From: Nitrosopumilaceae archaeon
GTDB taxonomy: Archaea; Thermoproteota; Nitrososphaeria; Nitrososphaerales; Nitrosopumilaceae
Assembly: GCA_965214835.1 (NCBI GenBank)
Contig: CBDCCK010000002.1
Coordinates: forward strand, 2,720,001 to 2,784,000
DNA length: 64,000 nt
Direction: 5' to 3'
Shown piece after piece: positions 1 to 11,852 of the stretch. Numbering within the stretch: position 1 is the first letter of the stretch; every line of letters begins with the position of its first letter. The translations under genes and the position numbers were made by a program. The notes below the pieces were generated by a model that saw nothing but the letters and a program-made list of their open reading frames with translations, had not been told where the DNA came from and made no database searches.

Positions 1-120
1 TTTGTCAGATTCCGGATCTGAAGACAGTCCGCAATAAACCTCTGTTCTTCGCTTTTCATCATAATAGACGTAGTAAACATATTCTTTGTCTCCACGCTGG
101 CGGTATACGACAGTCCCCAT
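1..120 (-). CDS. Partial small hypothetical protein running off the window (MGTVVYRQRGDKEYVYYVYYDEKRRTEVYCGLSSDPESDK...)
   Basis: Manual translation from ATG at 120; frame open to the window edge; divergent from the transposase. Confidence 0.5.
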   Translation of the reverse strand, partial: MGTVVYRQRGDKEYVYYVYYDEKRRTEVYCGLSSDPESDK

Positions 121-351
121 ACAATGAATCACACAACCTCCCATTATATGTTTTTATGTCAATTAATTATTGGTATAGATTTATATGATATATCAACTAT
201 TTATTGGTATGAATCAAGGAGCGAGAAAGACTATGAAGAAAAATCAAGAGTCAGAGGGAATGATCCTCCCAATGACGAAGAACGCGGTTGACACCGAGTC
301 CTTGAATCTCTTTGATTCCAATCCAATATTAATTTTTGAGGTGCGATCCGC

Positions 352-1488
352 ATGAACCAAAGAGAGATCAGAGGAAAGCAGATAGCAGAAAAACAAAACC
401 AAATTGTACGAATAAATGAAAGCCATTACAAAGTAAACTCACAATCAAGAGACAAACAGCATGACGTTATTTCCACTGAATATGGCTGGGCCTGCTCCTG
501 CGAGGATCACCAGTTCCGCAGGACTTGCTGCAAGCATGTCCACGCAGTTGAAATATCTGCCAAGATTCACCAAAAAGTCAAAGATGATGTTGTAATCCCT
601 GAAGTCACCATTGACTCCTGCAAGTATTGCAATTCTGCAAACATAGTAAAAATGGGTGTACGACACAACAAGAACCATGATGTTCAGATGTTCAGATGTA
701 ATGACTGTAAACGCAAGTTTTCAATCAACCTAGGATTTGAAAACATGAGTGCCACCCCAGACCAAATCACAATGGCAATGAACCTCTACTTTAACGGGGA
801 ATCATCAAGAAAGACAGCACAATCATTGACACTGACTGGAATTACCGTCACATACAGGACGGTTCAGAACTGGGTCAAGAAATATGTAAACCTCATGGAG
901 AAGTATCTAGACAGGATAACTCCACAAGTAGGTGAGCAATGGAGGACAGACGAGCTCTACCTGAAAATCAAGGGCGACAGAAAATACCTCTTTGCGATGC
1001 TGGACAGCGAGACCCGTTTCTGGCTATCCCAGATGGTGGCAGAACATAAGGGAAATGATGATGTCTCCCCGATGTTTACAGATGCCAAAAGAAAGGCCAA
1101 AAAAATCCCAAAGACCCTGATCTCTGACGGAGCTGCCAACTTTCACCATGCGTGGAATGAGCAGTACAGGCCAAAGAACTTTCTTCACAAGGACACCGAG
1201 CACCGCCGTCACATCCACATGGCGGGTGACATGAACAACAACCAGATGGAGTCCTTCAACGGAACAAGGGAAAAGGTAGTCAGGGGAATCAAGAAGGATG
1301 ACTCTGCCATATTCACAGGAATGCAGATTCACCATAACTACATCAGGCCCCACCAAGGACTGGAAGGCGATACACCAGCAGACAGGGCAGGCATCAGGAT
1401 TCAGGGCAAGGACAAGTGGAAGACCATCATTCAGAACGCCTCAAAATCCAGTCTACCGGCATTTCCCAGGGAGAATCATCTACCGTAA
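352..1488 (+). mobile_element. DDE transposase (IS6/IS240-like) with N-terminal SWIM zinc finger and Zn-ribbon
   Basis: CSCEDH..CKH SWIM motif, CKYC..CNDC ribbon, WRTDE / ISDG / NNQMES catalytic motifs, HNYIRPH; overlaps and truncates the 3' end of the oxidoreductase gene. Confidence 0.85.
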
Positions 1489-2713
1489 ACTTCCCAGCCC
1501 TTTTTGAATGCCTCCCTGCGATCAGCCTTACGTGCAAGTTTCCGTTGCCTGCGTGGCCGTAGATGACTGTCCTGGCCTTGAGTTTTTTGCTGATCGAGCC
1601 GATGATCTCGAATATTTTTTTAAAATCCCTGATCGGTATGGCCGCGTCCTCGATGACGTGCGGGGTCATGCCGCCTTTTGCGACGGCCCTCAGGCTGCAT
1701 GAGAGGGCCGAACTTCTGTGGGTCCACCACTTTTGGATTTCTGCCTCGTCGGTAGTTGAGAATTCCACCCTTCCACGGACCAGCCTCCTGACCTGCCTGG
1801 TTTTTGAAGGGATTTTCTCATCGATCTCTGCAAACAGTGCAGCGGTTGCGTTTTTTGGAAACTTGTAGTCGATGCTGCCAAGAGTGTTGTCGTCCAGGAA
1901 CTCAAGCGCAGACGGGCCCAGCTTTAAAATCTCGCCTACGTCGCGGTGGATGTCCCTGACGTTTTCGTATGTGATGACCAGGAGCGACCTCTCTTTTGGG
2001 ATACTCCGAATCCTGAGTCTTGCCGACGTTATTATGCCCAGGGTCCCCTCTGATCCTGCGATGACCTTGTGGGAATCCGTGGCCTTCTGTACTGCGTCGA
2101 GCCTATACCCGCACGAGTTCTTGGACAGTCTTGGAAATCTGCCACGATCGATTTTTTCTGACAGCGAAAAAACCTCCCTTGATTTTTTGACCGCATCTGG
2201 CAGCGTGATCCTCTGCCCCACTCCGTCTATTATCGTAACCCCTAGGATGTTGTCAATCACGCTTCCGTACTTTAACGAGTGGATTCCTCCCGCATTGGTT
2301 CCTATCATTCCCCCGAGACTGCAGTATTTCCCGACTGAAGGATCCGGCGAGAGGAATTTCCCCACCTCTGCCAGCCTCTCATCGAGGACTCCCTTGAGTA
2401 CCCCCGGCTGAACCGTCACCGAGTCTCTCCACACCGTCATCCTGTTCATCTTTTTAAAATCCAGCACCATGTCCATTCCCAGCGCCCCCCCGACCAGTCC
2501 CGTGCCTGCCCCCCTCGGCGTGACCGTCATGCCGTATTTTCCTGCAAACCTGATGATCCGAATTATGTCTGCCTCGCTTTCTGGAAAGACGACGATCTGC
2601 GGCCTTATCCTGTAAGAGCTGGCATCTACCGAGTAGCACCTTCTTACCAGCGGATCATCGCTTACCTCGCAGCAAAGCAGTCGCCCCAGCCTTGCCTTTA
2701 GACTGCCTGTCAT
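1427..2713 (-). pseudogene. FAD-linked oxidoreductase (GlcD/D-lactate dehydrogenase family), C-terminus truncated by the adjacent IS
   Basis: PRGAGTGLVGG, SLGGMIGTNAGG, GSEGTLGI, GHAGNGNLH motifs; lacks the terminal EHG-G motif because the frame runs into the transposase; likely start ATG 2713. Confidence 0.8.
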
Positions 2714-2714
2714 T

Positions 2715-4040
2715 TTATATGCTGATTCTGTAATAGTCCCATCTCTCTGGATCAAACAGCGTCACAAACTCTGCATCCTCCCTTGCCTCTATCCTTTTTC
2801 TGATGACGTCCCGCAGAGCAAAGCTTGTGAGGTACTTGTACTTCATAGAGTGAGACTGCATGATGAACATGTGCCTCATCTCGCTGCCCCCCCTCATCCC
2901 CCAGTATCCCATTTTTAGCGCCAGAGGCTCTAGGAACACCGTGTTGTTTAGACCATAGTTTTCATCCCGTATCTCCGGGCGCAGCTCGTAAGATTCCAGG
3001 GGGCCGCCCTTGGCAAATCCTATGATCTCCTCGCTTGGGCTGTCCAGCCTCAGCGTGTTTAGGATGAACTTTGGATCCCTTATCGACTCTTCGAACTTTT
3101 CCCTTGTAAACTGAAGCGGCCTTGGAAGCTCGTCATAGATTGCCAAGAGGGCCTTTATGAACTCTGGATCATTTCTGGCATTCATCTTTTCAATTGTCGG
3201 AACCAGCTTTAGGTGCTCAAAGATATATTCTGCCTGTATCCTGATCTCCTGCTGGCGCAAGTTCATAAACGACTGTACCGTGTTGAAGAAGTTCCTCCTC
3301 ATGTTCTTGGGGAGTGCCTTTAGGACGTACTGCGACATCTCTGCCTCCGAGTTTAGCAGATCCTCAAAAAATGCCACCGATCTGCGGACTATGACGGCCG
3401 GATGCCACGCCGAGGCGTGCGCGTTCATCTTTGCCATCTCCATTGACTTTGCAAAATCCCCCAGCGCATATCCGCATATCCTATCTATGATGGACAGGAA
3501 CCACCCCAGCCTCATAATCCTTGCCTGCCTTTCCTGATCGTGCCTTGTGGCAGGCGAGAGGCCAAAGCACTCAGTTATCAGCCCCTGTGCATCCTCCATC
3601 ACCTTCCCCCTCCAGGGATACGTCGTACGCAGGATCAAGACCTTGATTATGTCAATATCGATTCCCGCCGCATCTAGCAGCTGCCGCAGGTTCCTATCCA
3701 TTGCAATAAAGTTAATCACGCTCTCCTCGTGTGGCTTGTCCACGCTCTTCTGAGGATCAAAGTCGTGAAACAGTGCCGCTGTGAAAAGATACTTTATCTC
3801 CTCAAGTGTCAGCTCGCCCCTTCCAAGATAGTGCTTTCCGACTAGCAGCGTGCCATATGTCACCTCCAGCTCGTGGTTGATGTTGTGGTACCCGTAATAG
3901 TCTGAGCCCAGCCCCTGGGAGTCAAACAGCTCGATCGTATAGTCTAGCATCTTGGCATAACACCCCTCCCTTAGTCCTGCCGACTCTGCCAGCTCCTTGA
4001 TCTGGTTGCGCATTGCGTGCGGGGTTGCAAACTGCTGCAT
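2715..4040 (-). CDS. HD-domain protein with a GNAT-like C-terminal region
   Basis: YHNINH...ALFHDFD HD motif; 441 aa. Confidence 0.75.
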   Translation of the reverse strand: MQQFATPHAMRNQIKELAESAGLREGCYAKMLDYTIELFDSQGLGSDYYGYHNINHELEVTYGTLLVGKHYLGRGELTLEEIKYLFTAALFHDFDPQKSVDKPHEESVINFIAMDRNLRQLLDAAGIDIDIIKVLILRTTYPWRGKVMEDAQGLITECFGLSPATRHDQERQARIMRLGWFLSIIDRICGYALGDFAKSMEMAKMNAHASAWHPAVIVRRSVAFFEDLLNSEAEMSQYVLKALPKNMRRNFFNTVQSFMNLRQQEIRIQAEYIFEHLKLVPTIEKMNARNDPEFIKALLAIYDELPRPLQFTREKFEESIRDPKFILNTLRLDSPSEEIIGFAKGGPLESYELRPEIRDENYGLNNTVFLEPLALKMGYWGMRGGSEMRHMFIMQSHSMKYKYLTSFALRDVIRKRIEAREDAEFVTLFDPERWDYYRISI

Positions 4041-4116
4041 TAGATAATCGGATCAAATACTGTTTTTTAAAGATGTAGAGATTTTCCTTTATAAAGCGCC
4101 CGGGAAACATGGTATC

Positions 4117-4494
4117 ATGGATCTTGACGAGTCCCTAGTTGAAAGGATAGCCGTCTCAAATCCCTCCTGGTCGGTGCTGGTTCAAAAAAGGGAGTTCGTC
4201 CCCGAGTCCGTTGAGGTTACAAAATCGGCGGTTCCGGTAAAAAAGCCAGGTGCCCGGGGCGGTGTTTACTTTTCAGAAACCGAGGCATACAGGGTAATCT
4301 GCTCCGTCCCCGATCCGGCCATTGCACCGCTGCTTACCCCCCTCATGCTCGGCCCTAGCGCTGACTTTACCCCAATTGAAATCACCGCCACCCTAGATGG
4401 TGACAGGTACCTGATAAGGGCCAACCTCACAAGCTATGTGCAGACAAAAACCGGCATACGGCTGAACTTGGTGGTGGTGGGCGTGTCTAGCTAG
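4117..4494 (+). CDS. Hypothetical protein
   Basis: 125-aa ORF, TTTATAAA TATA-like box upstream. Confidence 0.65.
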   Translation: MDLDESLVERIAVSNPSWSVLVQKREFVPESVEVTKSAVPVKKPGARGGVYFSETEAYRVICSVPDPAIAPLLTPLMLGPSADFTPIEITATLDGDRYLIRANLTSYVQTKTGIRLNLVVVGVSS

Positions 4495-5002
4495 CAAGGT
4501 ACCTGTCATACTCGTCTCTTTGCTTGGGATCCGACAGTATCTCGTATGCCTGATTGATCTCCGCCATTTTATGCCTTGCATCCTTCTCTGCGCTGCGGTC
4601 CGGATGGCTCTCCTTTGCCAGCCTTCTGTACTGCCTCTTGATCTGCTCCTGTGTTGCGTCCCTTTCAAGCCCCATTATGGCATAGAGATCGGGGATGCTC
4701 TCGCCCTCCGACGGCCTTTGGAACCCACCGCCTAATCCCTTTGTCCTGGATCCCACGTCCTCATAATCGTCACTCCAGTCCGAGTGGTACTTTTCATACT
4801 CCTTGTCCTCCTTTGAGCCCAGCTCCTGCCTGTCATAGTCCGTCTTTTTTCGCAAAATCATGTCCCTTGCCAGGTACGCGAACACCGCCGCAGCTGCCAC
4901 GGCAAATCCTGCAAGGATTACTGCCTGATCCCAGTGCACTGCAGCGGGATCCTCTTGGGCATGGGCAAATCCTATGAGAAAGACCAGGGCAATAGCCTTC
5001 AT
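4487..5002 (-). CDS. Membrane-anchored DnaJ-domain protein
   Basis: N-terminal hydrophobic helices; C-terminal J domain with HPD motif and INQAYEILSD. Confidence 0.85.
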   Translation of the reverse strand: MKAIALVFLIGFAHAQEDPAAVHWDQAVILAGFAVAAAAVFAYLARDMILRKKTDYDRQELGSKEDKEYEKYHSDWSDDYEDVGSRTKGLGGGFQRPSEGESIPDLYAIMGLERDATQEQIKRQYRRLAKESHPDRSAEKDARHKMAEINQAYEILSDPKQRDEYDRYLAS

Positions 5003-5005
5003 GCT

Positions 5006-5443
5006 CTATGTCAGCCTAAAGTCCTCTTTTACCGTATTTAGGACTAGGTGCGTAATCGTGTTCTCGACGTTTGGTATGCCGGACAGTCCCTTTACAAACT
5101 GGCTAAGATCCGATCTTCCCCTGAACTTTGCAATTACCAGCGTATCCGTGCTGCCCGTAACATCGTACACCCCGCACACATTCTCGATTCCAGATAGCCT
5201 GTCTTCGACCTCGAGGATCTTGTCCTTTCGTGCTATGATTTCAATGATTGCAGTCAGGCTGTAGCCTAGCTTTTCGTGATCGACTCGGGCAGTATATCCC
5301 TCTATGATCTTTGCCTTTTCTAGTTTCTTGATTCTGGAGAGCACCGTTACCGTGGACAGTCCCAGCTTCAGGGCAAGCTGCCTTGCCGACAGCCTCGAGT
5401 CCACCACTAGGTTGTTTAGAATTCTCTCGTCGGTTTTGTCCAT
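5006..5443 (-). CDS. Lrp/AsnC family transcriptional regulator
   Basis: MDKTDERIL..LALKLGLS..RIKKLE HTH, YDVTGSTD RAM domain. Confidence 0.92.
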   Translation of the reverse strand: MDKTDERILNNLVVDSRLSARQLALKLGLSTVTVLSRIKKLEKAKIIEGYTARVDHEKLGYSLTAIIEIIARKDKILEVEDRLSGIENVCGVYDVTGSTDTLVIAKFRGRSDLSQFVKGLSGIPNVENTITHLVLNTVKEDFRLT

Positions 5444-5572
5444 GTATGTTATAGGGTACAGGTAAAAATACATTTAAGTTTTAGGCTGAATTATGTATGC
5501 ATGTTTAGCATGGATATTTGCAGGCTAAAACGTGATGCCAATTTTAATTTATGGCGCCCTGCCTGAAAAACC

Positions 5573-5800
5573 ATGGACTGCATTGAGGATCTGGTCAAAA
5601 AGGGAGACAGGATGATGGACGAATTCAAGTTTGGACTGGCATTGGGGTTCTATGAGCAGGCACTGCTTCTTGATCAGAACAACCCTGACTTGTGGAACAG
5701 CAAGGGGGTTGCATTGCGCAGCATGGGGCGGTACGAGGAGGCCATGGAGTGCTTTGAGAGGTCGCTGGAGATTGAGCCCCGGGACAGGAATGCCTCCTAA
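5573..5800 (+). CDS. Small TPR protein
   Basis: ALGFYEQAL..WNSKGVALRSMGRYEEAMECFERSLEIEP TPR consensus. Confidence 0.85.
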   Translation: MDCIEDLVKKGDRMMDEFKFGLALGFYEQALLLDQNNPDLWNSKGVALRSMGRYEEAMECFERSLEIEPRDRNAS

Positions 5801-5879
5801 CTTCGCTGACCTCCGGCCAAAGCATATTGTTGAGAATCTGGCATCTGTGATGGCGTGGCAGCAAAGTCCGAACGGCTGA

Positions 5880-6140
5880 TGTCTTGGACCTATGAGCTAT
5901 ACAAGAAAGGCCGCCTTGAGGATATATCCTACCATGATTAGGTTCTGAAGATCGAACCGCGGAACATGTCTGCCCTGATTGACAGGGGCGCCACGATGCA
6001 AAGCACTGGAGGGGTTAACAGATCAACCCGGGCCTAGGCCGCTCTCTGTCCGTAGATCCTGCCCGTGCCGATGCGCCGCTGAACAAGGGCTCTGCACTTT
6101 ATACACTGGGCCGCCTTGAGGAGGCCATATCCTACCATGG
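5880..6140 (+). pseudogene. Degraded TPR gene
   Basis: Fragments ALIDRGAT and NKGSALYTLGRLEEAISY with stops and frameshifts; internal repeat GGCCGCCTTGAGGA..ATATCCTACCATG at about 5910 and 6109. Confidence 0.55.
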
Positions 6141-6233
6141 TGGATGTCGCGTAACTCTGGCTGCCTGACTCAATCCGTATATTTTTTGGAATTTCCTTCC
6201 CTCTTGCACGCCTATACTATACTGATGACCATT

Positions 6234-6311
6234 AGACCTTATGCATAATTGCCAAAAATGACGCAAAAGCTGCCTGATTTTTTTGACTTGCACCGATTAC
6301 GCATAAGGTCT
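6234..6311. mobile_element. 78-bp MITE with IS5-type ends
   Basis: AGACCTTATGCATAAT...ATTACGCATAAGGTCT with ATT duplication; ends match the IS at 50961-52678. Confidence 0.85.
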
Positions 6312-6923
6312 ATTGAAAATTTCGCCTGATTACACATCTTGCAAAGGTTTATAGCTCTCCACTATGTCACTCCCGGCATGAACAAGACGAAAACTCTCAC
6401 GGATGCCATGCATGTCGAAAAGGATAACAGGATTTATACTAGAATCCTGGCGGTGCGCTCCGTGCTGCTTGGCAACACCACCGCACAGACTGCAGAGATT
6501 GCCGACGTGACACAGCGTACCGTACAGATGTGGATCGAGAGGTTTGAGCTTGACGGCATCGACGGCCTCCGTGACTCCTAACAGGTGCAAAAAAAACCAA
6601 AGGTTCCAGCCGGCAGGATAAAAAAGATCGCCACGAGGCTGCGCAGGATGGAAAAGCTCACCCCGAAAAAGCTGTGCAACTGGGTGCGCCGCAGGCTGCA
6701 TGTCACATACAGCGTGGGAAGCATCAAGAGAATCCTGCGCACGACGGGATTCTCGCTAAAGACGTCAACCACTAGGCTGGCAGATGCTGCCGACGCAAAG
6801 GCGGTAAGACGGTGGCAAAGGGCGGCAAAAGACACGATTGCGCTTGCAAAAAGGCGCGGATTTAGGATAACCGTACAGGACGAATCGATATTCGTCAGTA
6901 CGGGAAGGGACGGCAAAAAGTTC

Positions 6924-8968
6924 GTACAACTTCAGGTCCTTTTTATACTGACAGTCAAACATTTTTGGGCAGCATCTTATGATCAGATGCCCCTGCGAAC
7001 ATGGCTGAACATCAGACATTTGTGATCAGACATTGCAGGTTTGGAGTTTACGGGAGTGACATAATATCGGCATCTTGGTCAAAGAATTTCGATGGAAATC
7101 TTTTTTGATCTTGCCTGTCTGATGTAACATATGGACTCCAAAGCCGTGCTTGCACGCTGTACGGATCCTAGAAAGGCACTTGTCATGATCATGGAGCAAG
7201 ATGAGAAGATCTCCGGGCTGGAAAAAGAACTCTCTATTGTCAAGAAGGAGAATGCTGAGCTTCAGGCAAGGCTTGCCCTGTACGAGAGTCCCAACATGCC
7301 CACGTCCACGCCGTCATTATACAATGATGCCAGAAAAAAGTTCAGGGAGAAAAGGGGCGAGGATCCCGGCGGCAGTCCCGGCGATGCGGCCAGGGGCAAG
7401 AAACGCGGCCCTCCGTGCGGACACCATGGTACATCGCACGGCAACCGGCCATCCATGACATTAAGGTACGATCTTGATTTCAAAATATGCCCAAAGTGCA
7501 ACATCCAGTTACGGATGCTCAAGCCGATCCACAAGCTTGTCAACGATCTGGACGGCTCCATGCGCATGATTACTGCCAATGCCATCATCCAAAACGCGGT
7601 GTGTCCACAGTGCAATACCGTGCATGTCGCAGCTACCCCGTTTCTAGGCGGCACGTCACTTGGGCCCGTCTCACTCTCTCTAATCATGATGTTCTTTGAG
7701 AAGGGAAGCATAGACGAGGACATTGCAGAGTACTTTCAGTATATGTTTGGATTCAAGATGGCCCCAAATACCGTGACTGCCGCCCGGCACGCAGTGGCAG
7801 AGGCACTCCGGCAAAACATGATACAATGCATACAGACATTCATTGCGGGCAGGCCGTGGATACAGATGGACGAGACCGGCTTTAAGCGCGGCGACGGACA
7901 CACGGGGTACGTCTGGGTGCTCAACTGTGCGGGGGCATGCTTTGTGGTCTTTGCAGATTCCCGGTCCTCTGAGGTACTGCACACGCACTTTGGATGGCTG
8001 GATCCCAGGGTTCCCATAGTCGTCGACGGGCTGGCCCAGTACAAGCTGTTCTTTGAGATAATCCAGAGGTGCTGGAGGCACCTTCTGGCGTATGCAGAAA
8101 AGCTTGCAGTAAAGATGCCCGAAGGCGATGATGGGAAAAGGTATGACTTGCTGCTGGAATTTTACAGGGAGGTAAAAAAGATCAAGACGCTTGCGTCGCT
8201 TACATACATGGAGCTTTCAAGGGAGGCATACAAAATAATCAGCCCGTATGAGGACGATCACGTGCGTACACACCTGCTAAACGCCATACCCAACATGTTT
8301 ACGTTTCTAGCGCGTCCGGGAATGCCGCCGCACAACAACGATACGGAGCGATGCATACGCGACGGGATCATACCACAGCGCAATGCGCGCCACAAGATCG
8401 TAACTGACGGGGGAAGAAAGACGGCTTCTGCGCTGCTGACGTTCTCGATGACATGCCGCAAGCAAAACATACATCCTGCCGGTGGACTCTTGAAATACCT
8501 GCGGGATCCGGGCTGGGATATCTTTGCAGGGGCCAAGGATGACGCGCACCTGCTGTCCTCGCTTGTCAATACGGACGGTACAAGATACAGTGTCTTTGAG
8601 TGTCCCGGGCCGCCGCCGGTGTGGCCGCCTGCAGCAGGTGCAGGCAAGGGGGCGGTACGCTGGAACCAGACGGCCGTCGTACCCGTAGCCCCGATGGCAC
8701 TTTGATCCGTCTGGCGCCTACGGGACGGCGTAACCCGTAGCCTCATATCGAAGGATCCGGCTGAATCTGCCAGTCAACGGCACCGAATGCAACAGTTTCT
8801 GATTGCCTGCAGGTGCCGTCTGTCAATGTGTTGCCTGCACGGCGCCGGTTCTGGCATGTACAAAGGATGTGTGGTGATGCAACGGGTCTGTCACAACGGA
8901 TGCGGAAGGATCAAAAAGTTCCGGACAAAAAGTTCCCTGGGCGCTTTAAATAGGACCTGAAGTTGTAC
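6924..8968 (+). mobile_element. IS66-family element (transposase 7131-8705)
   Basis: 17-bp perfect TIR GTACAACTTCAGGTCCT; 8-bp TSD AAAAGTTC (6916-6923, 8969-8976); coiled coil, CPKC, MDETG, QRCWRHL, NNDTER motifs. Confidence 0.93.
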
Positions 8969-9696
8969 AAAAGTTCTGGTCGCCCGTGGGGGACAGGATC
9001 GAGGTGGAACGATCCGGCAGAAGGGGGCGCGTCGTGGTATACGGAACGATTGCAGACGACGGAACCAGGCTGATGCGCACATATGACAGGTTCAACAGCG
9101 CAAACTTTGTAAAGTATCTCGAACAGGCGCGCAAAAAGTGGGGAAAGGTCCTGATGGTGATGGACAACGCAATACAGCACAAGACCAGCAAGGTCCGCAG
9201 ATACCTAAAGAAAAATCCCGACGTTGTCCTGCTGTACCTGCCGGTAGCCGGGCCGGAGCTGAGTGCCATAGAGGCAGTCTGGAAGGATGCCAAGTACAGG
9301 CCGGTCACGTCGGCCTTTTATGACACGGTAGATCACCTCAAAAGGGCTGTCTCGGAATACTTTAGGACGTGCTCCATCAAGATTGACATCTACAAGTGTC
9401 TTGAGCGCAGCGTGTAAGGGAGGCGAAATTTTCAATGATCATCAGTATAGTCCATATTCTATCTTGTGGCTTTCAGGAATTCTGATGAATTAGCCTACAA
9501 CCTTCATACCGTGACCAAATCATAAAAAGCGACAAAAAATGAGCCGTGGCCTTTGCATGTGAGGGACTGTCTCTGGAGGAGGGGACAGGCTTTGGGACAC
9601 CATTGCCTTTTTCAAAAAGGCGTTGGCAATTGACGGGATTAGCCTGGCCGGCACTGGCAAGGATCCCGCAGAATGCCTGCCTGGCTTTGAGGAAGG

Positions 9697-9867
9697 CTAG
9701 AACACGGCAACATCGCCCGGTGCTGGCTCTCTTTTTGCATCTGGTTTATGACGCACAAGATCCGCATGTTTTGACTCTTGGTGCCCCCTCAGCTTTTCAA
9801 TATCGTCAAATCCCTCGTGACAAATGTAGCACTTGGGCTTGTCCTCGTCTACTAGTGGCAGTACCAT
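9697..9867 (-). CDS. 56-aa C2H2 zinc-finger protein (below the ORF-track cutoff)
   Basis: Manual translation MVLPLVDEDKPKCYICHEGFDDIEKLRGHQESKHADLVRHKPDAKREPAPGDVAVF; CxxC-x12-HxxxxH spacing. Confidence 0.75.
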   Translation of the reverse strand: MVLPLVDEDKPKCYICHEGFDDIEKLRGHQESKHADLVRHKPDAKREPAPGDVAVF

Positions 9868-9914
9868 GATACGCTGTAGGATTGCCTCTATTTTAAGATC
9901 CAGCCAAGCGAAAC

Positions 9915-10007
9915 GTATGTGGTCACGTCCCCTTACTAGCTAGACACGAAGATCACAATCATTCATACTAATTCGTGCCTAACTGATGGGGGTAGGTGAC
10001 CTCGTAC
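9915..10007. mobile_element. 93-bp IS66-derived MITE
   Basis: Ends GTATGTGGTCAC / GTGACCTCGTAC match the IS66 at 21875-23394. Confidence 0.85.
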
Positions 10008-10343
10008 ATTTCGCGAGGCCGTAAGGGTGCTTGTGACCCCGATGATCTCGACGCTGTCGATAATGTCGCTTGCCGAGGAGGGCTCAGATGCCTCGGTGCT
10101 GGCGCTGGGCGCCTCGGTCATTGCCCTCAATGTAGGCATGTATGCAGCAGCCCCTGCGGCAGTCATCGTAGCTGCCCGGCGGCTGTGGGGCTGAAATCTG
10201 CCGGTAGGTGCAGGGCAGGCCTTACAATGTATGCCTCCTGCAGATGTCGCATAGCCGGAATCCGGTCAAGTGTACACACGGATCAGATGTCATGGTGTGG
10301 TTCCGGTTTTTAGCGAATCTGGAAATTATATATTTACTCAAGG

Positions 10344-11453
10344 GTGGGTGTCAGCATGCTAGATCAGCTTGTAGGTGGCTCTCGGGCACTTGAGAAGGCA
10401 ATGGCAGGCGAGGAGCTGTCCATTGATGACGGCGTAGATCTGATGAACCATGACAATCTTCACATGCTGGGCGCCGTTGCCGACAACCTCCGGCAAAAAT
10501 CCGTCGGCGACACGGTAACGTTTGCGGCTTCTTACTATATGAACTACACAAACGTCTGCGCTGCCAGCTGCCAGATGTGTGCGTTTTATCGCAAGGGCAG
10601 CGAGGATGACGCATACACCCTGACCCCGGGGCAGATAGAGCAGCGGGCCGGAATCGCCAAGCAGATGGGTGCCACCGAGGTCCACATAGTCGGCGGCTTT
10701 CATCCAAAACTTCCGTTGGAATACTATGAGGACATGATGCGCGTCATCAAGTCAAAGCACCCTGATCTGAACATCAAGGCATTTACCGCAGCTGAAATCT
10801 TCTTTTTGTCTAGGCTCACCAAGACCTCTGTAAAGGAAATCCTGTCCAGGCTAAGGGAGGCGGGCTTGGACTCAATGCCTGGAGGCGGGGCCGAGTTGTT
10901 CCATCCGGAGGTCAGAGGACATATCGTCCGTGGAAAATGTACCGGCCAGGAGTGGCTTGACACCATTGAGCAGGCCCACGGCCTGGGAATAAAAAGCAAT
11001 GTTACCATGCTTTACGGCCACATCGAAAAGCCCGAACACGTAGTTGATCACCTGATCAAAATCCGGGAGCTGCAAAAAAGGACCGCCGGCTTTATCACGT
11101 TGATCCCGCTAAAGTTCAGCCTCGACAACACCGAGCTTGAGACCGAGCACCAGGTGATGCATGAGTGCTCTAGCGTCTACGACCTCCGGGTGATTGCACT
11201 ATCCAGAATAATGCTGCACAACGTGCTTGATAACATCTCAGTCTACTGGGTTGCATACGGCAAAAAACTCGCACAGGTGGCCCTGTCCAACGGCGGTAGC
11301 GATCTGGTCGGCACCGCGTTCTCTGAGGAAATCTACCGCGCTGCAGGCAAGCCGACCGAGTCCTCAGTTGAGGAGCTTGCAACGTTAGTCAGGGAGATAG
11401 GAAGGCATCCTGTCCAAAGGGATACCTTTTTCAGGCAAATAAGGGCGTTTTAG
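10344..11453 (+). CDS. mqnE: Aminofutalosine synthase, radical SAM (CofH/MqnE family)
   Basis: NYTNVCAASCQMCAF CxxxCxxC, EVHIVGG, PGGGAE, TMLYGHIE. Confidence 0.8.
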   Translation: MGVSMLDQLVGGSRALEKAMAGEELSIDDGVDLMNHDNLHMLGAVADNLRQKSVGDTVTFAASYYMNYTNVCAASCQMCAFYRKGSEDDAYTLTPGQIEQRAGIAKQMGATEVHIVGGFHPKLPLEYYEDMMRVIKSKHPDLNIKAFTAAEIFFLSRLTKTSVKEILSRLREAGLDSMPGGGAELFHPEVRGHIVRGKCTGQEWLDTIEQAHGLGIKSNVTMLYGHIEKPEHVVDHLIKIRELQKRTAGFITLIPLKFSLDNTELETEHQVMHECSSVYDLRVIALSRIMLHNVLDNISVYWVAYGKKLAQVALSNGGSDLVGTAFSEEIYRAAGKPTESSVEELATLVREIGRHPVQRDTFFRQIRAF

Positions 11454-11546
11454 GATTTTATCCATCCGGATGCTTGAGGCCCGCTTTTCCTCCGGCCTTG
11501 CCTCAAGTCTATCTTCACTACCGCATCTGCACTGCCTACTCTCAGG

Positions 11547-11813
11547 TTGTGGACTGCCTCATCTGTCTGCTTTGGGGTGATTAGCAGCCCGCCAATCGAC
11601 AGAATCTATGATGCGGCCCTGGAAAGCGGCGCGCTGGGGGGAAAGCTGTTGGGAGCAGGCGGCGGCGGGCACTTTCTGTTCATCTGTGATCCGGACAGGC
11701 GCGAGGAGGTCTCGCGTGCCGTCGAGAAGCTGGACTGCAGGCAGATCAAGATAAACTTCGATGCCGAAGGCCTGCAGGTATGGCAAAAAAACAACGACCA
11801 CACCACGTACTGA
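11547..11813 (+). pseudogene. C-terminal remnant of a GHMP sugar kinase (heptose-7-phosphate kinase HddA-like)
   Basis: GALGGKLLGAGGGG motif; N-terminal part missing; directly upstream of gmhA. Confidence 0.75.
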
Positions 11814-11852
11814 CATTCAAACAATTTAATACCATATGCTGAAATCCAAGGC

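Larger units (their letters stand above)
6220..9447 (+). mobile_element. IS630-family element, inactivated (frameshift near 6580, IS66 insertion in the transposase, MITE in the left TIR)
   Basis: TIR TACTGATGAYCATTGAAAATTTCGCCT, TA flanks; ORF pieces 6339-6581, 6585-6923 and 8969-9417 match the intact copy at 55399-56492. Confidence 0.92.
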
